Source: Podarcis gaigeae (Eukaryota). Taken from it: a stretch of DNA of 64,000 bases. Position 1 is the stretch's first letter. Every line of letters starts with the position of its first letter. The translations under genes were made by a program, and so were the position numbers. The stretch lies in assembly GCA_964106915.2 (NCBI GenBank), contig OZ066927.1. One strand, given 5' to 3'. The notes beneath the pieces were generated by a model that had not been told where the DNA came from, searched no databases, and saw only the letters and a program-made list of their open reading frames with translations. Shown piece after piece: positions 1 to 11,300 of this stretch.

Positions 1-451
1 CAGGACCTGAGTACCTCTCTAATTCTTTTTTAAAGCCATCTAGTTTGGTGTCTCCTGTGGGAACGGTACATTGGGTTGCTTTTTTAATTGCTTCTGCTTG
101 TAGGGAATTTATGTTGGCCAGTTTCAACAATATTGTTTTTAACTTTGTTTTTTAATTTTATGTATTTCCGCCTTAGAACTTTTGGGCATATGATAAATAA
201 ATAGAGAAGTCATGCAATGCTAAGATTGCAAGAGATCTTACAAACAAGTATGAAAGCAGAAGCTAATGTGTTCCAGCGTGGTTAGCTCATATGCATCACT
301 TCCTATGGTGCTCGGTGCCAGGCCCTCCCAGCCTGACTGCCACACAAGAAGATTGAAGACATGCTCAATGGGAAAATTCAACACACACAAACTTGGTGAT
401 GTATATCAAGAGGCTGCTTTATTCCCCAACACAAGCTGAAGACATACTTAC

Positions 452-3400
452 TGTCCTCCTCTGTGGAATGCGCTCCCTCTGAAATGTAGATTTCCAACTA
501 CATGAGAGAGAAAATGACTGCTTAATATGTTTTTATAGCACAGGTATGCATCTGCACAGAATATACAACACTGTTTCGATGGCTTGCTATACAGTGGACC
601 CTCTGGATACGAATGTAATTTGTTCCAGGGGTCCATCCGTACCCCGAAAAATCTGCAAGTAGAGCTGCCGCTTCTGCAAATGCGTGCAGCGTGATAAGAC
701 TGTTTCTGCGCATGCACAAGGCGCACAGAACACTTCTGTGCATGCGCACGTGGTGAAACCCGGAAGAATTTGCTTCCAGGTTTGCTGCGTTCGCAACCTG
801 AAAGTTATGTTACCCGAAAGTAACGTAACCCGAGGATCCACTGTAATGGGCAAGTCTCACTTGTGTTTGCAATATAAAAGGTCTCTCTTTTTCTCTGCAA
901 TGCAATCTCCACATGCACTCAGGGGTTTGTTATATGGTAAGGAAGCATGGCCTCTTACAATCTGGCAGTTCTCACATGCCTGCCAAAGCTGTGTACATGA
1001 TACAGTCTCCTGAGAATCTTATGGTACCTTAAAGACTGTGATTAGCTGTGATTCCTGCCCTGCAAGGGGTTGGACTAGATTACCCTTTGGGTACCTTACA
1101 ACTCTAAAATTATATGATTCTTGTACAAATTTATTATGACTTAAACTTTGGTAGACTACAAACCACTTCACCAGATGCATGAAGTGTACCTGATGAAGTA
1201 GACTGCAGTGAGTGAAAGCTTATGCAACAATAAATGTGTTAGTCACAAAAATCTGTGTTGTTCTTCCTGCAAGAGACTAGCATGGTTGCAATCCCTCTGG
1301 AAATCCTGCCAACAGAAGCACTCTGGGCTCTTCATTTCACGTCCTCTTCGAAGACCACATTTTGCGTGAGCAACAGATAACACCACCCCTTGAAATTCCC
1401 AATACAAGCAAACATGCAAAACATTTTGGGGGGGGGGGGGAAGTTGGAAGTGAAATGTGTGGCCAGAAAATGTCCTCTAAACATGCCTTTCTGGAGAGTC
1501 AGCTGCAGGATGTTTTTAGAAAAACAAACTAAAGTGTACAAATTGCGTACCTTGTGTTTAAAAGGCAAACATCTCTGCAGCTTGATCCTCAAACACAGCC
1601 CTGCATTTTAAAGAAAAAAGATGTCATTTTTCTTTTCAAGCACTACCCTTCCATTATCTTTCCACCAAATGAGTTGGTGCCATGTGATCATGCAGCAAAA
1701 CGTATTGCTCAACCATCTGTAATTCAGTTTTATAAACATGTGAGGGAGAGCTGGCCTTGGTTCTCAGTGTATCTTGCTCTAAAGATAGCAAGCGTTGCCT
1801 CATCTAAACTGTGAAAAAGGCTGGGAAATGAAGTGAGCGGCATCCATTTCCGAGATCTGTTTTCAAGCACAGAACTGCTTTACAATTTGGTAATAAGCTG
1901 TGAAAGACTGAAGAGTTTCGCACCACACACTGCCAGGGCATGAGCTCTGATTGGGATCAGGACACTAATGTGTTGAGCTTTACACAGGGACACAGTCTTC
2001 TGTCTGCCTTGCAAAAATAAGATTAAATTGGTTCCAAAGAAGCCTATCCCTAAAGGAAACATTTTTCAACATGAAAGGTCCTGCAACACATTCATATTTA
2101 ATAATTCACAATACTGCTGCTGCATGTTTCAATGCACAACTCCAGAAATGCTTCCAGAAGAACTGAATGTCCCTTTATTTGGCTTTCCAAAATCTTGGTT
2201 TACTTAACGTCATGAAACTACCGTATTTTTCGCACCATAGGGCGCATCCAGTTTTTTTGGGGGGAAATAAAGGGGAAAAAATTATTCCCCCCCCCCAGGC
2301 GTGGGGCTGGGGCGGGGGAAGCTCGAGCTTCCCCCGACCCCAGCCCCCAAACAGGCAGCTCTCTGCAAGCCGTGGGAGCACTCCCGCTGCTTGCGGAGAG
2401 GTCCGCGAAGCCTGGGCGCGCTGAGCTCAGCGCGCGCAGGCTTCGGCATGCAGGCAACTCTCCGCAAGCAGCGGGAGCCCAGCGCTGGGCTCCCGCTGCT
2501 TGCGGAGAGGTGTGCGAAGCTTGGAGAGCGTGAGGGGTCGGTGCACACTGACCCCTCTCACTCTCCAGGCTTCAGCGAAAGCCTGCATTCGCATCATAGG
2601 ACGCACACACATTTCCCCTTCATTTTTGGAGGGGAAAAAGTGCGTCCTATGGTGCGAAAAATACGGTAACAACTTCACAAATCGCTCAAAGAACCCCCTC
2701 CCCCCAGATCTTACCTATGAGAGTGGCCAAAGAGCAATGAGGTACCGTTGGTGTAAACCTGATTGTGACCAAATATTCATCTTCCCCAATTTCATGCACT
2801 TCAACGCAGCTTTCTGTTACCACGTCTAGTTCTTCTAAAGTGTTGGGCTTCTCTGGGTCCCGGATAGTTCGAATTATATCTAAGCAGAAACAAACATATC
2901 ACAAGTGTCTGATTATGGGGGAAAGGTTGAGTGATCAAACTCTAGGCCTGGAGTCAGCTGCAAATCCACTTGCGTGTGACATAAAAGGGAGCTTGATGCT
3001 AGCCTTGCCAGAACTCTTCACAATCTGGTCCCTCTTGGCCTTTAGGAGGAACAAAGGTTGCAAGTGACATTTAAAATGAGAAATGATAAAAACGACATAT
3101 GAAATGTGTTCTGTGGCTCATTGCTTCATGACCAGTGAGCCTGCAAGCAAACGGGTACTGTGGAGTGAATTTGGATTTATTTATTTTTGTCTCTTCTGGA
3201 TTGGAAATAATCTTGCCACTGTGACTCATGCACTGTTATCCTCAAGAAAAGAACTATTGCAATAAACCTGGGCAAGGGATTACCTGAGTGGGGGGAGGTA
3301 AGAGGCAATGGGGCTGGAGATGTAAATGACTATCAGACTTTGAAAAGCTGGTATCACTGGATCAAGTTCAACAGCTTTGTTGAATTAATTAAACTATAAC

Positions 3401-4546
3401 TATTTTTAAATTAATTATTTGTTAAATAATTTGAACTAAAATTGGATTTTGAATAAATGTGCAATTAATTGTTACAATTTGGAATTTGATTATTATCTTC
3501 CTTCATGGGTCATGCAAACCACCTTTATGAATCATGCTATTTATTGGGAAGGCTAAGGGCAGTGGGAATGAGTTTATGGAACCAAGAGCACAGTGGCCCC
3601 CAAAAAGTTTAGGATCCATGGCAATAAACTCTATGTGGGGCTGCCCTTAAGAGTGACCTTGAAGTTAAAGCCAATGCAAAATGTATTAGCTGGCATACTG
3701 TTGTCACGCATGTTAAGGTGTGCTTAAAAGAGCCTCATGCTAGCTGCCAATAAATTACTGGATCAGGGTTAAGTTCCAACTTACAATACCCTAAACAGGT
3801 ACCTGAAGGATTGCCTTCTTCCCTGTCTCCCTGTCTGGCAGCCAGGACTGTCTGGTGAGGCCCTCCTGGCTGTGCCCACAGATCCCATGGGCCCTAAGCA
3901 AGGGGAAGAAGGCCTTTTGGGTAGCAGCCCCCTCTCTTTGGAATTCCCTTCCGTCAGAGATATACAGGCAAGTGCCAACCCCAGAATCAATTGGGCCTCT
4001 GCCAAAAACGCATTTATTTCCTCTGGCTAGTCATTAGTGACACAAGTAAGTTCTCATAAAAAATATAAATTAAAATTTGTACATTTTAAAGTGTGCACTC
4101 TGACACACTTGGCTGCTGGTTTAGTTTGTGCTGCAGTCTCAATACATTTTTAGCACCTTGTCGTTTCAGACGAAAGGAGGTGCGTAAGTTTAAACTGTTC
4201 TGCTTTTGGGGGTTTTTGTTTTTAATTTTTATCTTACTGCTTTCTTCTCTTCGTACACTCCTTCAAGGTTTCGGTTTTCTTTTTAAACACCGCCTCCTCC
4301 AACTGCGAGGCAAGCCGGGTCCTGGGCCGCGAAAAACCTCCCGCCCCGTGAAGCCTGGATAGGGACGGGGCTGATGAGCCACTGACCGTAGACCTCCAGG
4401 GCCCGTTCCTGCTCCTGCTCCATGGCAGCGGCGGCGGTTCTGCTCGGGGCCTCGGGCCGGTGGTGGGCCTGGTGATCGTCCTCCTTCTCCCGGGCCTCAT
4501 GCCCCCCGCTAGAAAGCGCCCGCCAGAGCAGCCCCAGCGACAGCAT
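452..4546 (-). CDS. CIAO2A: Cytosolic iron-sulfur assembly component 2A (FAM96A), exons 1-4; final exon lies beyond the left edge of the window
   Basis: Exons on minus: 4546(or 4423)-4387, 2879-2715, 1600-1551, 497-452, all GT-AG and phase-compatible. Spliced translation ...[99 protein letters not shown] is near-identical to vertebrate FAM96A as recalled. Start ambiguous: in-frame ATG at 4546 or strong-Kozak ATG at 4423. Confidence 0.95.
592..843. mobile_element. Tc1/mariner-pogo (Tigger-like) MITE
   Basis: TA|CAGTGGACCCTC...GAGGATCCACTG|TA: imperfect terminal inverted repeats with TA target duplication, in CIAO2A intron 3. Confidence 0.8.
1021..1302. mobile_element. Decayed Penelope-like inverted-repeat element with hammerhead-like cores, interrupted by a CR1 tail
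   Basis: CTGATGA(1190-1196)...GAAAGCTTATGC...AATAAA...GTTAGTC on plus, and a mutated inverted copy at about 1123-1178. Resembles reptile Penelope terminal repeats as recalled. Confidence 0.6.
1038..1121 (+). mobile_element. CR1 LINE 3' tail fragment
   Basis: GGGGTTGGACTAGAT...CAACTCT...ATGATTCT matches the CR1 3' terminus seen in several other copies in this window. Confidence 0.7.
2221..2666. mobile_element. Tc1/mariner-type MITE with internal palindrome array
   Basis: TA|CCGTATTTTTCGCACCATAGG...CCTATGGTGCGAAAAATACGG|TA: perfect 21-bp TIR with TA duplication. CpG-rich interior suggests a young insertion. Confidence 0.9.
3625..4035 (+). mobile_element. Decayed L2-like LINE 3' fragment
   Basis: Remnants of RT C-terminal motifs LYVGLPL and [14 protein letters not shown], with stops and frameshifts. 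Confidence 0.65.
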
Positions 4547-5380
4547 CCCGCCCCGAGCCAAGCCCGCTCGCAGCCTCCATCAACCGGCCCTGCAGTCCCT
4601 CAGGCGGACCTCGCGGGCACTTCCGGTCTCGGAGTGGGCGGGGCGCTCCACAAGCAAAGCGACGCCGTACTGTACTCACAAACGCGCCCTCTTCTCAACC
4701 AAGACTACATTTCCCGCCGTCCAACGCGCTCGCTCGCCCGGCTTTCCGCGCGCGAGGACTACATCTCCCGACTCGCAACGCTCTCACTCGCCGCCCGTCG
4801 TGCGGCAGCTTTTCCCCGCGAGGCATTCTGGGAAGGTTAGTCCGAAGGAAGAGCGTCGGCCTCCGCCCTCCCGGCTTTCGTTCGCTTGTTGTGGCTCTGC
4901 CCCAAGATGGCGGCGGCCGCGGTAGGTTTCTGAGGAGACCCACGGACCCGGCGGTCGCGGTTCTCTCAGGGGAAAGAGGAGAATGGCGGCGTCGGAGGCT
5001 GGGTCGCTTCGCGTTCTCCTGCAGCCGTTCTGCAGCCCCAGCCAGGGCATCACCCGGGCCAAGCTCAGCGGCGGCCGAGACGCGCTGGCGACCGTGACGG
5101 GGGCGGAGCTGCGCCTGACGGGGCTGGTGTCAGCCCGGCTCGACGGCGGGCAGGACGGGCCCAGCGGGGACGGCAGTATCGCCCTGCCCGGCGCCTGGGA
5201 AGAGTAAGTGGGGGTGGAGCAAGAGCCGGGACTGCGGGGGCCCAAGTCGAGCGTCGACACCCCCCCCCCATAGAGAGAAGCAGGTGACGGACTCGACCCC
5301 CGCCTCCGCCAGCGACAGCGCCCCACACCCCATTTAAAAACGTTTCGTAGTCGGAAGAGCCGGTCAGGCACCCACCCACA
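4280..5380. promoter_or_regulatory. CpG island and bidirectional promoter shared by CIAO2A (minus) and SPG11 (plus)
   Basis: CpG-dense GC-rich block covering both first exons. ETS-like CACTTCCGG at 4618-4626 and GC box GGGCGGGG near 4636. ACTACA-type ZNF143/THAP11 motifs at 4704-4716 (ACTACATTTCCCG) and 4758-4770 (ACTACATCTCCCG), an inverted SBS (TTCCCAGAATGCC on minus) at 4822-4834, and YY1-like CAAGATGGCGGC at 4903-4914. Confidence 0.85.
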
Positions 5381-8300
5381 TGGTGATCTCAGAGGCTAAC
5401 TTACTACAGTATTGCTTTTGAAGCAAATCAATCCTTCTCTGCAGCAAAAGGGTGTTTGTCCCCACGTAAATGTCGGGGCAGCAGAAGCAAACGCTGTTTG
5501 GGTTTTTTTTGCATAAATTTGATTGTAAAAAAAAAAGGCCTCAAAGCGGTTTACAAAAAAAGAAAGATAAACCAGTGAAATTATTAAGAAAAATTAACCA
5601 TGATTTTAAGTTTTTGAAAAGTTAAAATAAGAGTTTAGACTGAAACAGATTAAAGGCTGGCATCAAGTTTCTAAGCATCGGAGTATGCTTGACTAGACAG
5701 TGTTTTTAGCAGGTACCAAAATGTTTATGTGTTATAAACGAAAATAAAAAAAATTAACTTACGAAAAGAGTACAGTGAAGGTGCCTCCCACACTAACAGT
5801 TTGAGTTCTTAAAAAGGTGTTCTTATGTGGCAGCTGAAACAGTACCAATTCCGCTGATTGCTTCAGCACATATGGGTTTGTTGCTGTATTCATGATGGTG
5901 CATTGATAAAAGATGCATATAACCTCAGTATTATCATTGTTAGGTCTCACCAACCTTTTTGGGCCTTTAGCACCTTTGCAAATCAGAGGAATTGTCATGG
6001 GTACTCCCCCCCCCCCCACATTGCAACTAAGGACACACCACACAAACTATCCTGTTGCTTCTTTAAAACCTCATTTTAGGAGAGGGGGCTGGAGACACAT
6101 CAGCAAAAGTCTCTGTTGGCAACTCTTGAATGTGGAAGTAGTTTTAAAGCATGGATTGCGGGTGAGGGAGAGAAAAGAAGTGTCAGTTTTGGCCTTCATG
6201 ATGGCAATAATGCACATAGTAGTCTAAGGGGGGGGGCTGTCAGATCATTAAGTCCAGAATCATCTAGCCGACCACTAAGGATGGTTTATCCAGTGCCGCC
6301 CCCCGCCCCCCATTACTGCCCAGTTTCACTTGAATCAACCACTTCTCTGGCTCAGCATCCCATTTTGCAACAGCCCCACCTGCTGTGAGGCTTTGAACCT
6401 CCATGTAAAATGAGCTGTCAGAATCTACAGTTCCCGAGTTCACCTTCTGGTCCCTTCCTACCTCTCTTGTTATGACATTGAGTTGCTTGTAATTTTTCTT
6501 TGGATAAATAGGATGTATTACTATTCTTGTTAGAGAAATAGACAAAATTGTAAACCCCAGTAGATTATTATTGGTTTCACTCCCTAGAGTTTTTGTTTCA
6601 TTGATTGTATGTTGGTTGTCTTTTTCAACTGTTGTGTTCTAAGATTTTTGGTCATTTTTGGTGCAAGTGGACAGTAATGTATTTCAGTTAAGTAATGTGT
6701 CTCTAAAAGGCATATCATGCTAAAAATTTCAAAGAAGAACAGTTGGCAGTATGGCTCATGTATTAAGTATTGTTTTCCTAGCTTCACATGGGAGAGTGTG
6801 GAAGATGAGAACCTTCCAGTGGACAGTCTTAAACTGCTTGCTGTCAGTAAGACCCATGAACTTCTCGTATATGAAATTAATCTAGAGGTTGGAAAATGTG
6901 GTGCAACGCTCATGCAGAGCTGCAGTGAAGAGACGCAGAAGCAGCTCATCAAACTTAAAAATATTAGTGAGTATAACATTCATTCAAGATGTAAGATACT
7001 AGTTTATTAATTTGTTTATTATTTTGGAGGCCATTCTTCAGCAGTGTCTAGAAAACAAAATATGTTATATGGTATCTGTTGCAGACCTTAGCCCATGAGT
7101 TGTAACTTGCTGTAGACAGGTAATGCTTATAAACATTGGTGGGGCTATTTCAAACATTGAATGCAGACGGCCTGACTTTTGCCACTTGTGGGGTGGGTGA
7201 TCCATTTATCTTTATTAGAACTGTGTTGTATCGCTTGTTTCTTTGCACCTATTGTTACTGCATCTTAGAATATGAAAATATCCCTTTTGCCCTCGTCATG
7301 CAGGTTTATCTTCAATCTCCTCTTTGCGAGTGCTGTCATTTAAAAATGGAAAAGCTTTGATGCTGCTCAACAACTGTATTATTGCACAACTTGCTTTTCT
7401 TGGAGGAGAACTGAAAGCAGAAAAGTTGGAGGATTGCTTTCTTCTTGATCTGTCGTCAGAATCTCTGGAAAGGATAGTAGATGTTGCCTTTTGCAGAGGT
7501 GTTCTTTTCTTGTTAGAGGAATCTGGATGGATATGTATCCTTTTAAATTGAGTTTTAACATCCTGCCCTTCCTCCAGGACAGAGTGGTTTGCAAAACAAA
7601 TGTATAATATAAGCAGTAAAATAAAACACTAGCAGATAGTTCTCTGTGTTGCTCAGTAATTCTTAAGAAACAGACAAATACTGAGATACATAAATAGATA
7701 TTTTTGTTGTTGTTTGTCTCTTAATAAATAAAGTGCTAGCCTTAATACAAACAGTCCAGGATCAAAACAGTCCAGAAACAGTCCAGGATCAAAACAAGGT
7801 CAAAATCCATTAGATCACAAGGCAAGTCAGGATGCTAATACAAGGATTTTGTTCAAGCACTCTGCCAGCAACTGGAGACTTTTAACCAGGAAGCTTCAGA
7901 GCTCCACCCAGAGCACAGCTGGAGGCCATCTGGATTGCCTGAGGCAGTGATTTTCAAACAGTGTTCCATGGCACCCTGGGGTGCCTTGAATGATGGTCAA
8001 GAGTGCTGTGATATCTTTGCCTCCCAGAGCCTTGCACAGCTGTTGTAGCAGCACTGGCTACAAGCTTCCCAGGCAAATTGTGCCTCTGGGGCTGGCCATG
8101 GGGAGCTGGTTGCCAGGGGCTGAGGCAACCTTGGAGTAAGCAAGCAAGTGGGCGAGGGAGCCCAGCCAGTCTTCCAGGCCTTGCTGATGGGAATGGACAG
8201 ACAAGTCCTAGCCCCCTGTGGGGCAGTGGAAGGAGGCACCTCTTTTGGGGGTGGGGGGCAGCTCAGAGACCATGGGCAGCAGCTTCAGCTCCCCAGAGGA

Positions 8301-11300
8301 CTCCCAAGGAGAGGGGAGAGGAGAGAAGAGGAGGCTGAGGGAACACTCCACAAGGGAGGGTGTTTGAAAAGGGGTGAGAGGTTGCCAGCTTTGTCGGCAA
8401 GGGGTGACATAACTGGACTCCTGAGCCCCCATGGGTGCCGCAGAAAATGTAGTTAGTCAAGAGAGCCATGGACTCAAAAAGGTTGAAAACCTCTGGCCTG
8501 AGAAATTTGGTCTTCTCATGAGGAGGAGCTTCTTCACAAGTAACACTTTATTTTCAAGGAGTCCTTGTTCTTTGGGTGGGTGCACCTGTACCTTTATCCG
8601 CCAGCAGGTCACCAGACTTGGTGCTAACTAAGCCTCTGCCTCTGATTCTTTGCAGGGGCCCTCTCTGTCTTGCAGAGAAGATTGGGATGCTCTGATACCT
8701 GAAGGTCCCAGATCACCCTGCTCTGTCTCACTGTGCATTGACACAGCCTGTTTCTCTTTCATTCTTGTTTTGTGGAGCACCAAATCTTTCTGTGAAGAGG
8801 ATTGTTCTAGCCATGTGCCTGACAGTTGCAATATCTTAAGAGGTGTCCAAATGCATGCAGTTTGGAATGGTTCAGTCTACTATTTTGATTTGAAACAGTG
8901 CCCAGTGGTCTTGCACATTAGGTCTAAGTAAGCATGCATAAGATTGCTGTGTCAGGATGGTGGGTTTTCCTTTGTATGTGTGCCTGTTCATGTGACTCAG
9001 AAAGTGTATTTCCTTGACATTGTTGCAAAGATATTTTCGATGCTACGGATGGTGCCTACCTTGCCCATGTTGATGTCTCCCTCTATCAAACAGAGGGGCA
9101 AGATGAGAAGCGTCTGGATATCCTGTCTTCTCTTACACTGTTAAATATATCCCATGATCTCAGTGTTGCTGTGGTTGCCAACAGCTCTAGTTGTGTCGTG
9201 GCTATTGACCTCCATTTATACTTCAAGTAGGTTGGCCACAATATGCTATAAAGTGGTATTGGGCAGGCAGATTTTCACTTTTTAAATTCTTTGCCAGTTC
9301 TAGCTTTTCCTCTCTCGCTCTCTCTCCCGAAAAGTTTGATGGTCCTGCTCTCATGAAACATTTAGGAAAATGGTTAAAACTTTTTATTGTGCTGGGTGTT
9401 TGTTGTCTTAATCTCACTTTCTCCCCCTGATGCTTAAATTGCTTTCAATGACTTTTTAATGCTCACTTTATTGTTATAATTTATTGTCAGTGAAAATTCA
9501 ATTTTTTTTAGATTAACTGTTATAGGGAACTTTTTGAGGGTTGAAAGGTGGAGTTGAAATCATCTTATTTATAAATAATCACTTTCCCCCCGCAGAGAAT
9601 ATCCTGAGCATTTAATTTGCAAGAAAAACTTTGACAACCTTCCTGTAGAACAGTTGGAAGGGACAGATGAGGATGACCTCAGAAGTTCAGATTACAGCAT
9701 GAAACTTATGCAGCATCCATTTCGGACCGACAGGTATGTCTACAGAACTTCTGCCTTGCATCATTAATCTATGTGGAAAAGAGGGATATGTTTGTTCAGT
9801 CCTACTTGCCACTTTAGCTCTCTGGTTCCTGCTGTTACTGCTGATACTGCTGGTAAAACAGCTTTAGAACGTTAGGATGAATTAGTATAAGCTTAGACAT
9901 GTCGCATCATTTCCAAATAGATGCACGAGTATGTCTAAACACCGTCCTCCCCAGGATTAGTTTACAGTTGTTTTGATGGCAAGAAACTATTTATATTTAT
10001 TCAATCTGTTTATCTGTATTACAAATCCTTTTCGTTCAAGCAATACAACTATAGATAATTCATAGATTCATTGTTAAAAATGTTGGTGTGATTTTTCTCC
10101 TTTTTCCAGATCCTGGAAGGCACATTTGTCTTCATTGTCTGACACAACAAAAGGATCTAATTCTTCAAATTTGGCAGCCAACGTTTTCCTGCCTTGGTGT
10201 CAGTATCCTTTGCATCTAGAGCACTGCGACTGTAAGACTCGTGAAGCTTCTGAGGCCTCCTTTCTGCATGATGCTGCTCATGTCCTTTCAAACTCAAGAA
10301 GAAAAGATCCCCAAAACACAGGCAAAAGAGACAGACTATGGAAGAGCATAGATTTAGGAGGACTAGAAGATGGTGTGAAACTCGAGTGTAAATCTGTGAC
10401 AGGATTTAGTGCATTGTTCACTCTCTCAAGTGAGAGTGAAGGACTGATTCTTCTTCTGTGGGATTTGGAGACCCAAGTCATGATGCGTTCTTGTGTGGGC
10501 AAAAATTCATTTTTTGTGGAGTGTAACAGAGAGGAGCAGTTATGTCCCATCCTTTCAGGTGAGCATCGTTTAGTTGCAAATAAAAACCAAAGTCTGCAGT
10601 CTAGAAAGCAGAAGCATTGCTTTGTTTGTAAGTACTCACACGATTGAGGGCAATGCAAGAAGATTGCATTCAGTCTCATAGAGTACCATATAGATCATGT
10701 TTGATATGACAGGTGAATAAGTTCTTCTTTTATTTATTATAACCCTTAGAGCCCGGCCTCTCCTTGGTTCTGTTTGGCTTGACTCAAGAGGAATTCTTGA
10801 ATAGACTGATCATCCATGGAAGTGCTGGCACTGTAGATTCTCTTTGCCAGCTCAATGGATGGGGAAGATGCTCTATTCCAATACATGCCTTGGAGGTAAA
10901 GAAACACTTGTGGCCCTTGAGGTTCTGTGCCTCCCACATCTCCCAGTGCTGGAAGTGGTGGGTTCTTGCAACTGGCAGGGGATTCTTTTTTACTTTTTCT
11001 TTTTGAAAGCCTCAAATGTTTACTTTGAGCTTATCTAACCTGCAGCCTTTGCAGGCTACATGGAAAGGGCACCTCCCAAAGTAATATACAGAGCTGCCAT
11101 GTGGATAAATTGTGGAGCATGACAAAACTGACTGCTCTTGGTGACTCTGTCCTCCAGCCCTAGTTTTTTATTCTCCTGCAGTGTTTTCGGCATGAGGTGA
11201 TCCTTCTTTTCCTGATTTGTGCTGCACATCCTATCTAGGAAAGTCCTCCTCCCACAAAAAGACAAATGGTAGTTCTTACCTGCTGGGCATCTATTTTTCT

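Noticed and set aside
4922-4969. Apparent GTAGGT...CTCTCAG mini-intron linking the upstream ATG 4907 to SPG11
   Set aside because: Only about 48 nt, below typical vertebrate intron size, and the spliced product stays out of frame with ATG 4983.
4460-5379. Several overlapping 70-195 aa ORFs around the bidirectional promoter
   Set aside because: GC-rich shadow frames of real first exons, with no recognisable protein.
7749-7800. Short direct repeats AAACAGTCCAGGATC
   Set aside because: Only 2-3 adjacent copies with no unique spacers; likely an LTR-type remnant, not a CRISPR-like array.
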